IMG/VR virus record: IMGVR_UViG_3300034108_000145
Location: 32,001 to 96,000 of that record
Strand: one strand, 5' to 3'
Length of the DNA stretch: 64,000 nucleotides
From: a virus
Shown here in pieces: positions 20,484 to 30,691 of the stretch. The stretch's first letter is position 1, and each line of letters opens with the position of its first letter. The notes under the pieces were generated by a model. The model saw only the letters and a list, made by a program, of their open reading frames with translations. It was not told the DNA's origin and made no database searches. A program made the position numbers and the translations under genes.

Positions 20484-21032
20484 TTAACAAGCACACTCAG
20501 TAGCGTACTTATTAAGCTTTTTCTGAGCATACATCAAAAGGTTCATACCTGCCTCAGGCTCATGTCCATACTCCACTTTAGCTTTAGCAGCATCTATAAA
20601 ACTTTTAATTAATCTAAGTTCTTCTAACTTTTCTTTTATATCAGCAGCTGGTTCACAGGCTGACATCTCTAAATCAGAAAGCAAGTTAAAATATTTATTA
20701 GTTGTTTGTGTTGTCCGTAAATGATTATATTCAACAAATACGTTTGTATTTGGGGATACTGAATAGTTAATTACATAAATACCATCTGGAATAGGTTGAG
20801 AAGCCTCTGCACAAGAGGTTCTTTGAAGTCCTAAACTACATGCGTTTAGAACAATATTAAAGTGTGGGAGCACGTCAATAGCTACCGGTAAATTAAAACC
20901 AGGAGCAGTAATACGTAGTGTACTGCAATCAATTGTAAGATTTTCTGCATATGCACTAGTATCAAATAGACGTAATACCTTGATATTATTGGTATCAGGC
21001 AGCTCTAAACTTAGCTGATGTTTGCTTGCCAT
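20484..21032 (-). CDS. Putative structural protein
   Basis: 182 aa; IPDGIYVINYSV motif; in the virion operon behind a promoter motif. Confidence 0.7.
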   Translation of the reverse strand: MASKHQLSLELPDTNNIKVLRLFDTSAYAENLTIDCSTLRITAPGFNLPVAIDVLPHFNIVLNACSLGLQRTSCAEASQPIPDGIYVINYSVSPNTNVFVEYNHLRTTQTTNKYFNLLSDLEMSACEPAADIKEKLEELRLIKSFIDAAKAKVEYGHEPEAGMNLLMYAQKKLNKYATECAC

Positions 21033-21084
21033 TATGATAAACTTTAAATATTTATATAGATTGGAGAATACAAGTTCTCAATAA

Positions 21085-21092
21085 TAATATAC
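21085..21092 (-). promoter_or_regulatory. Putative promoter core GTATATTA
   Basis: Repeated motif, directly downstream of a terminator. Confidence 0.55.
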
Positions 21093-21112
21093 TAATTTTT
21101 TGGGACATGTCC

Positions 21113-21150
21113 AAAAAACAAAAAGGGAGGGACATGTGTCCTCTCCCTTA
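21113..21150 (-). terminator. Intrinsic terminator
   Basis: Minus strand AAGGGAGAGGAC-ACAT-GTCCCTCCCTT then TTGTTTTTT. Confidence 0.8.
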
Positions 21151-21173
21151 ATGTTTAGATATTCTTAATATCC

Positions 21174-22520
21174 TTATACAGTCTCTAGAGATACTGCATT
21201 ACCAGCCGCACTTGCACTAGCTGTAATGAAGTTAGTGATTGTAGTTGTTGCAGTACCAGCAGGTACGTGAACTACGATCAAATACTGATCATTATCAAAA
21301 GTACTAGTAGGGTTGTTAAAACGTGGAACGTTGTGTAAGATCAATACTTGATCATACAAACCGTTACGGTTAACAGTTGCCAAAGCTGGATCAGCTTCGA
21401 TCTCACGCATACGTAAATGCTCTACACGAGAACTATCAGGATATGCGTTTTGTAAGTAACGACCATCTAAGATCAACTCACGAAGTACAGTTTCACCTGA
21501 ACCTGAAGCTTGCTTAGGAGCTTGTGTTTCTGATACAGAAATACACTCTACTTTACAAGGCTCACCAGACTCGTCTACTACAGAAGCGTAGATAAACAAA
21601 GGCTCTAAATCATACTTGTCAGTAGGAGTGAAAGTACAGTTACCAAACTTAGTGTCTACATAAGCAGCAACGATGTCTAAATGAGAGTTTACAGATCCTA
21701 AGCTAGAAGTAGCAGGAGTGTAACCAGCAGTAGTTTGTGCACTAAAGATAGCTGCGTTACCATTAGTTGAGCTTACTGCATTTTGAGTAAGGGTAATTGT
21801 TGTATTACCAGAGCTAGCTGAATCAGCAGCACCAACTAATAAAACTAAGCTGTTAGGAGCTAAAGAAGCATGAACTACTTTTTCACCTACTTGGAACAAC
21901 GCTGCATCAGCATTTGCTACAGCAATAGTTGCTAAACCTACAGTAGGGTCAATAGCTACAGAAGCTGTAGTTTCTAACCATACTTTAGCTTGTACGAAAT
22001 CTTTTAACAAAGGAGCTTCGTTGATCTGATCAGCCCATTTCAAAAGAGCCACAGTGTGGTCAATTGCAGCTTTGTTTGCATCACAGCATCCTGTGTAAGC
22101 ATCCAATGTTTTGTACAATTGGTGGTTCAAGAAACGGAGAGCAGGAGAACCTTTAACGTCAAGACGTAGACGGATAGTGCTGTCACAAGCAAGACCTGCA
22201 CAAGCATTAGCTTCTACTTTAACGATTTGATTCTTAGCAGCATCAGAAGTTACTTTAATAACACGGCTGATGTACTTAGGGTTAATTACTTTAGACTTAA
22301 CAGACTCTTTGTAACCACCGTGAACAGGGCCAATTTTGTCAGTAGCAAAGTAACTACCTTGAGCCATAATAAATGGAGCGGCTTGAGCAGAAACTACTTG
22401 GAAAGTCTTGGCATCAAAGAAACCAATTTGACCAGCAGTTAAAGCATCAGTACCACCAGAGCTAGCAAGCGTAGTGCTAGCAGGCAAGAATGACTTGCGG
22501 AATGCATTAGGAAAATACAT
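21174..22520 (-). CDS. Putative auxiliary capsid / major structural protein
   Basis: 448 aa, highly expressed-type codon usage, C-terminal HNVPRFNNPTSTFDNDQY motif, 5' leader nearly identical to that of the MCP. Confidence 0.6.
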   Translation of the reverse strand: MYFPNAFRKSFLPASTTLASSGGTDALTAGQIGFFDAKTFQVVSAQAAPFIMAQGSYFATDKIGPVHGGYKESVKSKVINPKYISRVIKVTSDAAKNQIVKVEANACAGLACDSTIRLRLDVKGSPALRFLNHQLYKTLDAYTGCCDANKAAIDHTVALLKWADQINEAPLLKDFVQAKVWLETTASVAIDPTVGLATIAVANADAALFQVGEKVVHASLAPNSLVLLVGAADSASSGNTTITLTQNAVSSTNGNAAIFSAQTTAGYTPATSSLGSVNSHLDIVAAYVDTKFGNCTFTPTDKYDLEPLFIYASVVDESGEPCKVECISVSETQAPKQASGSGETVLRELILDGRYLQNAYPDSSRVEHLRMREIEADPALATVNRNGLYDQVLILHNVPRFNNPTSTFDNDQYLIVVHVPAGTATTTITNFITASASAAGNAVSLETV

Positions 22521-22561
22521 AGGGCTTTAATTTAAAGGGTTATAAATAAATAAATAAAAAT

Positions 22562-22975
22562 TTAACTTAAGAACATTAACTTATACTTGGTTGCAGAAAT
22601 CAAACTCTTCACCTCATCTAGTTGGTTTGTTACTTCTGAAAAGGTCATAATCTTTTGTAACTGCACCACTTCGTTATATAAGTCTTTCATGTGAGATATT
22701 GCTTCCTGTACAGACCCGCATTTATATGCAGGCACTACTGGAAAATCTAGAAGCTTCTCACGAGCTCCTTGATACTGTTCAGCTACAGCATCTACTAAAT
22801 CAGGCATTGCCTCATAAAACTCATTAAGAGCTTTGTGTGCTGAGTAAGAACCAGGTCCAGTTATTTTAAGATGCAACTGGTGCATACTTGTTGTAAGAGC
22901 TTGAGCGTGAGCCAACATTGCTGCTGTCTCTGTACAAGGTCCCATCGGTCCAGGTCTTTGTAATTTCTGTATCAT
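22562..22975 (-). CDS. Ferritin/Dps-like four-helix protein
   Basis: HQLHL..TGPGSYSAHKALNEFYE...DAVAEQYQG...NQLDEVKSLISATKYKL ferritin-like pattern. Confidence 0.7.
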   Translation of the reverse strand: MIQKLQRPGPMGPCTETAAMLAHAQALTTSMHQLHLKITGPGSYSAHKALNEFYEAMPDLVDAVAEQYQGAREKLLDFPVVPAYKCGSVQEAISHMKDLYNEVVQLQKIMTFSEVTNQLDEVKSLISATKYKLMFLS

Positions 22976-23676
22976 TAACTATTTCTTTGAGCGTTTTGTA
23001 CTTCTCTTTGATACTGATTCATAGACTCTATATCACCGGCTAAAATAGCTGCAGCTTCATCTGCTAAAATCTCACATATGTCTTCTTTAAGTTCACATGT
23101 TTGATCTGCTCTAAATGTAGCTCCTGTAGATATATTTGTACAACCTATAAACTGAACATCTCTTGGAAGTCTATAATATGTAAGCTTAATATCTTGAATA
23201 TCAAACTGATTGTTTGTATACAGCTTTAGTTTATCTGCAGCTATTGTACAAAAGGTTTCTGACCAGTCAAAGCTTGGAGACTTAAAGTTGTCAGCCAAAA
23301 GGATGTCAACGTTAGCTTCTTCAGCTTGATATATAGAAAGAGCTCTTTTAGGACAACAATCAGTTTTTGCGTTAGCACTAACTCTTACAAAGTGTAAAAA
23401 GTTTGCAGGAATGTTAGCTGACTCAATATACTTATCTTTTACTGTCCCCGCTAAAGGAACTTCTGTTAAAAGAACTTGTACATCATCAACAATTGTAACA
23501 CTCTGTTCTGCAGCCTCTTTTGACGGATTAAGAGCATGGAGACGTCTACGTACCCATTCTAACTGAGCTTTATTAAAAGCTTCTTGGATCATCCAACATT
23601 CAATGTTGTCATAATCAAAGCTAGCTAGTTTATTAAGCCTTTGTTTTATCTTAATTTGTAAGAGATTGTTATTCAT
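22975..23676 (-). CDS. Head-tail ring/adaptor protein (crAss-like)
   Basis: N-terminal helical FNKAQLEWV segment and C-terminal YYRLP...CEL..ICEILADEAA; position downstream of MCP. Confidence 0.6.
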   Translation of the reverse strand: MNNNLLQIKIKQRLNKLASFDYDNIECWMIQEAFNKAQLEWVRRRLHALNPSKEAAEQSVTIVDDVQVLLTEVPLAGTVKDKYIESANIPANFLHFVRVSANAKTDCCPKRALSIYQAEEANVDILLADNFKSPSFDWSETFCTIAADKLKLYTNNQFDIQDIKLTYYRLPRDVQFIGCTNISTGATFRADQTCELKEDICEILADEAAAILAGDIESMNQYQREVQNAQRNS

Positions 23677-23684
23677 ATACTATT

Positions 23685-24701
23685 TTACTGCATCCAGTAC
23701 TTTTCAACTTTTTTAGTTAAGTCTATTAAAATCTCCTCGTTCAAAGGATTTTTTAAATATTCTACTACATCTGAAGGAGTTCTACCTAACATAGTAGTTG
23801 TTTGCATATGATAGATAAAGCCGTCTGATTTTGGAGCAATGAACTTAAAGTAGTTACTATCTTTTACAATAGATCTAATCTTTAATGTTTCCATATCTAG
23901 ATTAGCTGCATCTAAAAATCTCTGAGCGGTTTTACGCTTATCTTTTTCTACCAAGTCTCCGTTAATGTATTTATCCATGTTGTCATAGATAACGTCATTA
24001 GGTGTAGACTTTTTATATTGAGCACTATTTGCATCTAAAACTTTAGCTACATATAAGAGCTTGTTTTGGTTTTTATCAAATAGTTTCTGAAGTTCTGCAA
24101 GAGCTTTGTTACGAAGCTTCTTAACTTCAGTTTGTATAGAAGCAGTTTCTTCTAGCTTATCTAAATAAAACTTAGGAGGTACTGGCATTCTACGAGCGTC
24201 ATCAAGACTCTTTGCAACAATACTAAAACCACCTGCATCTATAGCGTATAATCTGATTAAATCATATGGATCTTTATCAGGTTCTAAGTACAAAGGTTCA
24301 TTACCGCATCTAATCTTAATCTTATCCCAGAAGTCGTTATTATCTGGTTTAAGAAGTTTAACCTTATTCCAAAACTGATCATCTGTTGGATCAATCACAT
24401 TGGAAGCTAATTCTTTTTCTAGTTGAGCTACTACAGCACGGATTTGTTTAATCTTAGCTTCTTGCTCTTCTAAAGGAAGATCTTTAATGTCTGGAGAAAA
24501 CTCATTTAGACCAGTTAAGTATCTTTTGATACCGTTGATTTCTAAACAAGCAATTGGTTCCTCGTGGAACGCTCCATCAAAAAGACTTAATCCGTATTTC
24601 TGTAATCCCATGTTATCCACTAAAGGATCAAAGAATGGACGGATTGCAATGCTTGAACGTTTGTTCTGTGGATACTTCTCCACAATAGTTACACTACTCA
24701 T
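23685..24701 (-). CDS. Conserved-type hypothetical protein following MCP
   Basis: 338 aa ORF; C-terminal LGRTPSDVVEYLKNPLNEEI. Confidence 0.7.
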   Translation of the reverse strand: MSSVTIVEKYPQNKRSSIAIRPFFDPLVDNMGLQKYGLSLFDGAFHEEPIACLEINGIKRYLTGLNEFSPDIKDLPLEEQEAKIKQIRAVVAQLEKELASNVIDPTDDQFWNKVKLLKPDNNDFWDKIKIRCGNEPLYLEPDKDPYDLIRLYAIDAGGFSIVAKSLDDARRMPVPPKFYLDKLEETASIQTEVKKLRNKALAELQKLFDKNQNKLLYVAKVLDANSAQYKKSTPNDVIYDNMDKYINGDLVEKDKRKTAQRFLDAANLDMETLKIRSIVKDSNYFKFIAPKSDGFIYHMQTTTMLGRTPSDVVEYLKNPLNEEILIDLTKKVEKYWMQ

Positions 24702-24760
24702 GTTTTGGTTTGTTTGGTTTTTATTATAACTGGTTACAAATGTAACCTTTTATATTTAGA

Positions 24761-24892
24761 ACCTATTAGGAGTTGCGAGCTCCCCATGTGATCATTCATG
24801 GTACGCATACAATAGGTGGCCTGAGGATACTATCCGCAGGGTGGTGTGAGTGTATCATTTGGCAGGGGATTTTAACCCCCTGCCTCAGATAC
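24761..24892 (-). ncRNA. Structured RNA element in MCP 3' UTR
   Basis: Three domains: GTATC/GGCAGGGG..CCCCTGCC/GATAC; CCTG-GGATA..TATCC-CAGG; ACCTATT..[CCATG/CATGG][GGAG/CTCC]..AATAGGT. Confidence 0.55.
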
Positions 24893-24898
24893 TATTTT

Positions 24899-26518
24899 TT
24901 AGAATGATCCACCAGTTACAGGGTTTCTCATAACAATCTTCAATACTTTCGTAGGATCTTTAACCCAGATAGCAGGCATTGTTTGAGTCATGAACACACG
25001 GTAGCCGTTGAAGTTTCCAGAAGACTGGAAGCCTTGAGTACGACCCATGTAATCCATAGTACCGTTTTGATAGAACCACTTCAATTGATTATCCCAAGAT
25101 AACTTCAACAAGAAGATGTTGTCGTTAGTGTTCTCAGTGATATCAAAGATGATGAAATTATAAGAACTTAATGGGAAACCATCAATGATTGGGTTCTCAA
25201 TGTCATTAGTGTGGATGTTATCAAACGCTGGGTTCAATACAAACTTAACGTTAGCCAAGAACGGAATAACGTATTGAGTGTAAGCAAAACCAAAGTTTAG
25301 ATCCATACCTTTGCCAGTGATAGCACCAACTTCAGAAGCATTGATTACTAAGCCAGAGTTAATAGCCTCACGCTTAATAGCTTCATTAACAAGTTTCATA
25401 CCACCAAGACCTGTTTGTACAACTAAGCTACGCTTAGGATCTGGTCCTTGGAACTCAACTTTACCATTGAAGAAGTTGAAGATCTCAGACTTGAATAGAT
25501 CCAAGTTGAAACTACCTTTGTTGTAAATACGCTTGTAAGAGTTATCTAACTGCTTCCAAAGACCAACTGATAGACGAATATCATCTGGACCATCTTGCTT
25601 AACTTTACCACCTTGACCCCACATAAGGTAAGTTTCGATGTCGTTAGCAATCTTACTCAAATGAGCTGCTTCCATAGTAGTTAAGAATGTACGAGTTAAC
25701 TGACCAGATTGGTAAGCTTTCTTTACATAATCTTTACCCATTTTAGAAGCCATGTCTTCTAAGTTAGAAATAGAAGGATCTACGCTCTTGTCAAAGTTTC
25801 TCCAAAGCTCAACTACAGGAACTGTACCATCAGCTTTTAAACCACCTTTCATCATTAAGTCAGCACGAGAGCTAACAGAATAGTGAACGTGAGCTTCAGC
25901 ACCACCTACATAGTTGTAGAATTCACGGAAACCTGCACTGATGTTACCGATATCAGAGAAACGCTCACCGTATTCACCACGAGCAGAACCTTTACGGAAC
26001 ACCTTAGTACCAACTTTTAAGTACTTGTTATCCAAGAACTTAGCGTTGTCATTGTTTACAAGCTGAACTGTGTAAATGAAACCGTCACCAGCTGGGATGA
26101 TATCGTCAGCAGTGATGTACATTTCAACACCGTTGTATTTGTCATAAGTGATGATATCACCATGTCCAAAAGAACGCTTGTTTACTTTAATTTTGAAACT
26201 CTGTCCGTCAATGCCTTTTGTAGCATTAGCGGATTCTACATCTTCTGTAATGTAAGGTAGATCCTGAGTTACTGGGATCTGCCATTTGTACTCACCACGT
26301 GCGTTATCTACAGAGATAACGTTCTTTCCTCCAAAGCTAGACATCTGGTACAAAGGCATTTCTACCTTTTGAGCCATTGCCCATAAATCTACAGGACCTA
26401 AATCAGTAGGTTCTGCACTCTTAAGAAGGTTTGAAAGGTGGTAGGAGTCTACGTGTGAGCTAGTTGCATAGCTGGTATCTCGTAGAAATATACCATTGTT
26501 CAAAACTGGAGTTGCCAT
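24899..26518 (-). CDS. Major capsid protein (crAss-like)
   Basis: 539 aa, strongly biased codon usage, located after portal and scaffold; YLMWGQGG..GLWKQL and IWVKDPTK motifs. Confidence 0.8.
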   Translation of the reverse strand: MATPVLNNGIFLRDTSYATSSHVDSYHLSNLLKSAEPTDLGPVDLWAMAQKVEMPLYQMSSFGGKNVISVDNARGEYKWQIPVTQDLPYITEDVESANATKGIDGQSFKIKVNKRSFGHGDIITYDKYNGVEMYITADDIIPAGDGFIYTVQLVNNDNAKFLDNKYLKVGTKVFRKGSARGEYGERFSDIGNISAGFREFYNYVGGAEAHVHYSVSSRADLMMKGGLKADGTVPVVELWRNFDKSVDPSISNLEDMASKMGKDYVKKAYQSGQLTRTFLTTMEAAHLSKIANDIETYLMWGQGGKVKQDGPDDIRLSVGLWKQLDNSYKRIYNKGSFNLDLFKSEIFNFFNGKVEFQGPDPKRSLVVQTGLGGMKLVNEAIKREAINSGLVINASEVGAITGKGMDLNFGFAYTQYVIPFLANVKFVLNPAFDNIHTNDIENPIIDGFPLSSYNFIIFDITENTNDNIFLLKLSWDNQLKWFYQNGTMDYMGRTQGFQSSGNFNGYRVFMTQTMPAIWVKDPTKVLKIVMRNPVTGGSF

Positions 26519-26550
26519 AAGGCTTTAAAATTTAAGGGTTAATAAATTAT

Positions 26551-27822
26551 TTAACGTTTAAAAATATTTTGAGGTCTAGATATTTTTCTAGATCTAGTCT
26601 CTTCTTCTTCTTGGAATGTACTAACGTTCTTACGAGACTGTTCAGTCTTAAGTTGTCGTACTGTTTGTTCTACTGCTTGGTTCTTTCCTTGCTTAGTAAG
26701 GCTTGAGCGATACTCATCAGGGTTAGAAAGTAACCAAAGAGCTTCAGCAATCAATGGGTAGTTAGGTTCTACAAACTGATACTTCTCTAAAAGATGACCC
26801 AACAAGTTTGTTGGACGTCCACTGATAGATGGGTATTGAGGCTGAACCAACCCACTATATAACTGAGCTTGAGTCTTTTTATCTAGCTTAAGACCATTAA
26901 TCTCAGCTGGACGAAGAGCTTCAAATACATTTTGCATGTAAGCTTGGGCAGCTTGTTCTTGCTGTTCCTTTCTAGCTTCTTGTTCTGCAATTGTAGCTTG
27001 AACAAACTCTTCTTGCATTTGGTCTAACTTTGGTTTAAACTGTTTAGCTTTCTTTTCTAAAGCTCCAATTTCTCTCCAAGTAGAAACTTCTTCTTCAATT
27101 TCATCTGCTGTACCAAAACCAGTGGCTTGTAAATAAGATCTTACAATACCTTCTTGGTCATTTTCATCAGTAGGGTCCATTTCACGAACTTGTTCTACCT
27201 GAGCCAAAGCTTGGAAAAGACCTTTAAGATCTTGTCCGCCATCTGCTACATACTTAGCTGCATATTGCAACTCGTCTGGTAAAGACTCAAAGAACTCTTG
27301 AGGAGTCTTAGCTGCTACTTCTTGTTTTAAGTTATCCAAGTTAGCTTGCCACAACTCTTCAACATCTTTCTCTCCTAATGTACCTAAGTAATCATCAAGA
27401 GATTGTTTTGTTTCATCATAGTCATCAAAGGCAAACATTTCCTTTGACTCAATGCGTTTTTTAAGAAACTCTACTAATCCAGACTTTTCTGTTTTAGGAC
27501 GTCCTCCTTTTGCTTTAGAATCAGATGTGTCATCATCATCTAAATCTTTAAGAAGATCATCAGTTTCTTCTTTTGTTACAGGTTTTGTTCCACGTGGAAC
27601 ATCACCATCTTTATCATCTGTTTCATCATCAGACGAATTATCATCGTCATCTAAGAAACTAAAATCTTGAGCTTTTTGACTAAAAATGTTAGGTTTAACA
27701 TCCTTCTTGTCTTCTGTGCTAGGAGTAACAATGCTATCTGCACCGGGAGCTCCTAACCAACTGTCAATGTCAAGATCAACTTGCTGTACACTAGTTTGTA
27801 CATTGGTTTGATTATCAGTCAT
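26551..27822 (-). CDS. Putative scaffolding protein
   Basis: Very acidic, coiled-coil 423 aa protein between portal and MCP. Confidence 0.65.
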   Translation of the reverse strand: MTDNQTNVQTSVQQVDLDIDSWLGAPGADSIVTPSTEDKKDVKPNIFSQKAQDFSFLDDDDNSSDDETDDKDGDVPRGTKPVTKEETDDLLKDLDDDDTSDSKAKGGRPKTEKSGLVEFLKKRIESKEMFAFDDYDETKQSLDDYLGTLGEKDVEELWQANLDNLKQEVAAKTPQEFFESLPDELQYAAKYVADGGQDLKGLFQALAQVEQVREMDPTDENDQEGIVRSYLQATGFGTADEIEEEVSTWREIGALEKKAKQFKPKLDQMQEEFVQATIAEQEARKEQQEQAAQAYMQNVFEALRPAEINGLKLDKKTQAQLYSGLVQPQYPSISGRPTNLLGHLLEKYQFVEPNYPLIAEALWLLSNPDEYRSSLTKQGKNQAVEQTVRQLKTEQSRKNVSTFQEEEETRSRKISRPQNIFKR

Positions 27823-27855
27823 AAATGTTTGGTTTTTTGTGTATCTCTACATAAA

Positions 27856-27863
27856 TAATATAC
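27856..27863 (-). promoter_or_regulatory. Putative promoter core GTATATTA
   Basis: Repeated motif upstream of the scaffold/MCP genes. Confidence 0.55.
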
Positions 27864-27908
27864 AACTTTAAATTTTAAAAATTTACTTTACCTAAAAAAA
27901 ATATACCT

Positions 27909-27932
27909 AAGGTATGGATAATAGAGCTATAA
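27909..27932 (-). promoter_or_regulatory. Repeated intergenic motif TTATAGCTCTATTATCCRTAC
   Basis: Near-identical copy at 47673 (+) and a variant at 39983-40001 (-). Confidence 0.6.
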
Positions 27933-30686
27933 TTATTTAGCTTTCTTCCCAGAATCGTACTTATTCTTATTTTCTTTAGCAATCTGAAGTTGTTTATCAG
28001 CTATTTGTTTCTGTGTTTGTAACTTTTCACGATCTATGCTAAGCTTCTGATCTGTCTGTAGTTTTTTATTCATCTCAGACTCACGCTTAAGATTCATCTG
28101 ATCTTGATAGCGTTGCTCACCACGAATCTTTTCTAAAGCATCTTGATAATCAGACTGTTCGTTCTGGTTAATATCTACACCTGCACCATATCCAGCTGCT
28201 CTAATCTCAGCTACAGTAAGCTGAGTTTGTCTATCCAGATCAGCTTGTTCGGTTCTAAACTGTAGATCCATTTGTTTCTGACGTTCTTGAGACTCAAGCA
28301 TTTCTTGTTGCATCTGCTGCTGTTGTTGCATTTCAGCTTCTTTCTGAGCTTGTACTTTTTCTTCAGCATTCTTAAGAACACCTGTAAGTTCAGCAATAGA
28401 CTCAGACTTGATAACATTACCAAGATCGTAGATAGATGCACCAGTAGTATTGTTATTGATAGCCAATTGTTTAAGTTGCTCCATTACAGAACGAGCATTA
28501 GTCTTTGTTGTACAGAAGATATTTAAATCTCTCATAAGAAGCTCTGTACCGTTCATTTCAAAATGAACTTTTTCATCCTTAGATGTAATATATTGAAGAC
28601 GTACACTAGGCTTTTTAGAATGATAATACTGAGCAAGATCTGTTCTAAGCTGATGTACGCGAGGCATTAAGTTATCTGAGTGCTGAATAAAATACTGCTC
28701 TGTCTGTGCATAAGAAGCGTTCATAGCTTGTTCTACACCAGTGGCAGTTTGTTGTTGAGCAATAGCCTGACCCATACGTTGTGGGTTAAGACCAATAGTT
28801 TCAAAAGCTTGGTTCTTAAAGTGACCTGCTAATTGAATACGAGATAACAAACGGTTAGTTTGTTCTAGGTTTAACACCTGATAATGTTGGAAGTTAAGAG
28901 CATTCTCAGTGTTAGTTATGCTTGTATCAAGCGGTAACATCTGGAAGTTCTTCATAGCCACATAGGCTTTAGCCAGATTATTTTTACCCCAGTCTTCTCC
29001 CATAGAGTGACGTGGCAAAGAGTTCTGGTCTAGCATGATCACCGTGCCGAGCTCATCTACTAAAATGTCTGCGATCTGGTTATTCACAATATTATAGCCT
29101 ATTTGGTAGGGCTTCATTAGATCAACCAATGAAGTACTCCTAGTATTTCTATCTCCAAATACACAACCTTCCACTGGAAGTTTACACCCATAAAGTGTAG
29201 CATCCCCTTTGAATTGGAAAGGAAGACGTCCTGGTTTACCACCATTAAGTCCTAAGTAGATTGGGTTAATGCCACCTGGGTTATTATGTCCCCAGAATGC
29301 CGGACGGTTAGGTCCAATCTTAATACCACCCCAAGTCTCGTTAATCCAAATCCAATCTATATGTTCACCAAAGATTAAGTTATCTTTAGTCTTTTGTTTA
29401 TACAATGCAGTGTTATACTGAGGCTTATCAGACACTTTAAATGATTCAGTTACAATGTCTTGTAAGATTTCTCCTTCTTCTGTAATCTTAGTTAAGTGCC
29501 CCACTTTACGTTGAGACTTCCAATAAATCTGAGATACACGTAGTAAGTGACTCTTACCAAAGTCAATAGTATCTTCTGAATCTGATAAGATCCATTCTAC
29601 AATGTCACCTGTACCAAACTTTGTATCGTATACAGATGTAAATTGTCTGTATGCAAGAGATGGCATCTGAGTATTCCACTCATGACTTCTTGTAGGATCA
29701 TAGTATGTACCGTCATTTTGGTATCCTTGTACAGCATAGCCGGCAGATCTTACAGGATAGATAGCTTCTAAAGCTTCCATTTGTTCCTGGTTCATCATCC
29801 AACCAAACTTATCAATAACGTCTGATACAGACATCATATCCATTTTACCTACCCAGTTACCCTGAGAGATATAACGTACATCTGGAGATTTATGGTAGAA
29901 TGTAAGAAGTGGATTCCACAACTCTAACTCATAGTCATCTTCCATCATGTTAAAATGCCAGAACTCACGATCTGTAATTAACATATCGCGAAATGCACGT
30001 TCTTCTAACTCTTGAAGTTTAAACCTTTCTTCATCTACTGACATCTGGTGGGTAGCCCACTCTTCAATCATAGATCTGTAATCTTTACGGAAAAAGCTTT
30101 CAATCTCAGGAAGTTTCTTTAAGTTATCTGGAGAAGTCTGCTCTTGAACTTGTTTCTGAACTTCTTCATCTTCAAGATCTAAGCCCTGATTCATAATCTC
30201 CATCATCATCTTTTGCTGAGCATCCTGTAAAAGGACATCCTCAAGCATTTTACGCTTCTCTTCTAAAAGCTCATTGTAAGAAATATCATCTACAGCCTTA
30301 AACATAATACGTGAGCTTCTTTTAGAAAACTCATTACATAATACGTTTACAACGTTAGGGATAATAGGATAGAACTTAAGCTCTAATGCAGATTGATCTT
30401 CTTTAGTTAACTGATCAATAAGATCAGCCATTTCGTTATCTTCTTCAACGATATAATCTGTTTTGTCAATAATACCCTTAGCAAGCTTGTAGTTCTTCAT
30501 AAGCCTACGAGCATTGCGTCTAAGCTGCTTCATACCTTGCCACTCAAGCCAGTCTAGATTCCAGGCTCTCCACTCATCATCTTTCTCTTTCTCGGGTAAA
30601 AATTGAATAGGCTGGGTAAGAGTACCCATCTTGTTATACTCCGCCTTTTTCCCGGCCTTCAGATCCATTGCTGAATATATCTGCAT
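27933..30686 (-). CDS. Portal protein (crAss-like)
   Basis: 917 aa downstream of TerL; SLVDLMKPYQIGYNIVNNQI segment, Q-rich C-terminal coiled coil. Confidence 0.82.
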   Translation of the reverse strand: MQIYSAMDLKAGKKAEYNKMGTLTQPIQFLPEKEKDDEWRAWNLDWLEWQGMKQLRRNARRLMKNYKLAKGIIDKTDYIVEEDNEMADLIDQLTKEDQSALELKFYPIIPNVVNVLCNEFSKRSSRIMFKAVDDISYNELLEEKRKMLEDVLLQDAQQKMMMEIMNQGLDLEDEEVQKQVQEQTSPDNLKKLPEIESFFRKDYRSMIEEWATHQMSVDEERFKLQELEERAFRDMLITDREFWHFNMMEDDYELELWNPLLTFYHKSPDVRYISQGNWVGKMDMMSVSDVIDKFGWMMNQEQMEALEAIYPVRSAGYAVQGYQNDGTYYDPTRSHEWNTQMPSLAYRQFTSVYDTKFGTGDIVEWILSDSEDTIDFGKSHLLRVSQIYWKSQRKVGHLTKITEEGEILQDIVTESFKVSDKPQYNTALYKQKTKDNLIFGEHIDWIWINETWGGIKIGPNRPAFWGHNNPGGINPIYLGLNGGKPGRLPFQFKGDATLYGCKLPVEGCVFGDRNTRSTSLVDLMKPYQIGYNIVNNQIADILVDELGTVIMLDQNSLPRHSMGEDWGKNNLAKAYVAMKNFQMLPLDTSITNTENALNFQHYQVLNLEQTNRLLSRIQLAGHFKNQAFETIGLNPQRMGQAIAQQQTATGVEQAMNASYAQTEQYFIQHSDNLMPRVHQLRTDLAQYYHSKKPSVRLQYITSKDEKVHFEMNGTELLMRDLNIFCTTKTNARSVMEQLKQLAINNNTTGASIYDLGNVIKSESIAELTGVLKNAEEKVQAQKEAEMQQQQQMQQEMLESQERQKQMDLQFRTEQADLDRQTQLTVAEIRAAGYGAGVDINQNEQSDYQDALEKIRGEQRYQDQMNLKRESEMNKKLQTDQKLSIDREKLQTQKQIADKQLQIAKENKNKYDSGKKAK

Positions 30687-30691
30687 GATAT

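Noticed and set aside
24850-24892. Kink-turn or intrinsic terminator after MCP
   Set aside because: Bulge geometry does not fit the K-turn consensus and there is no U-tract; kept only as a generic structure
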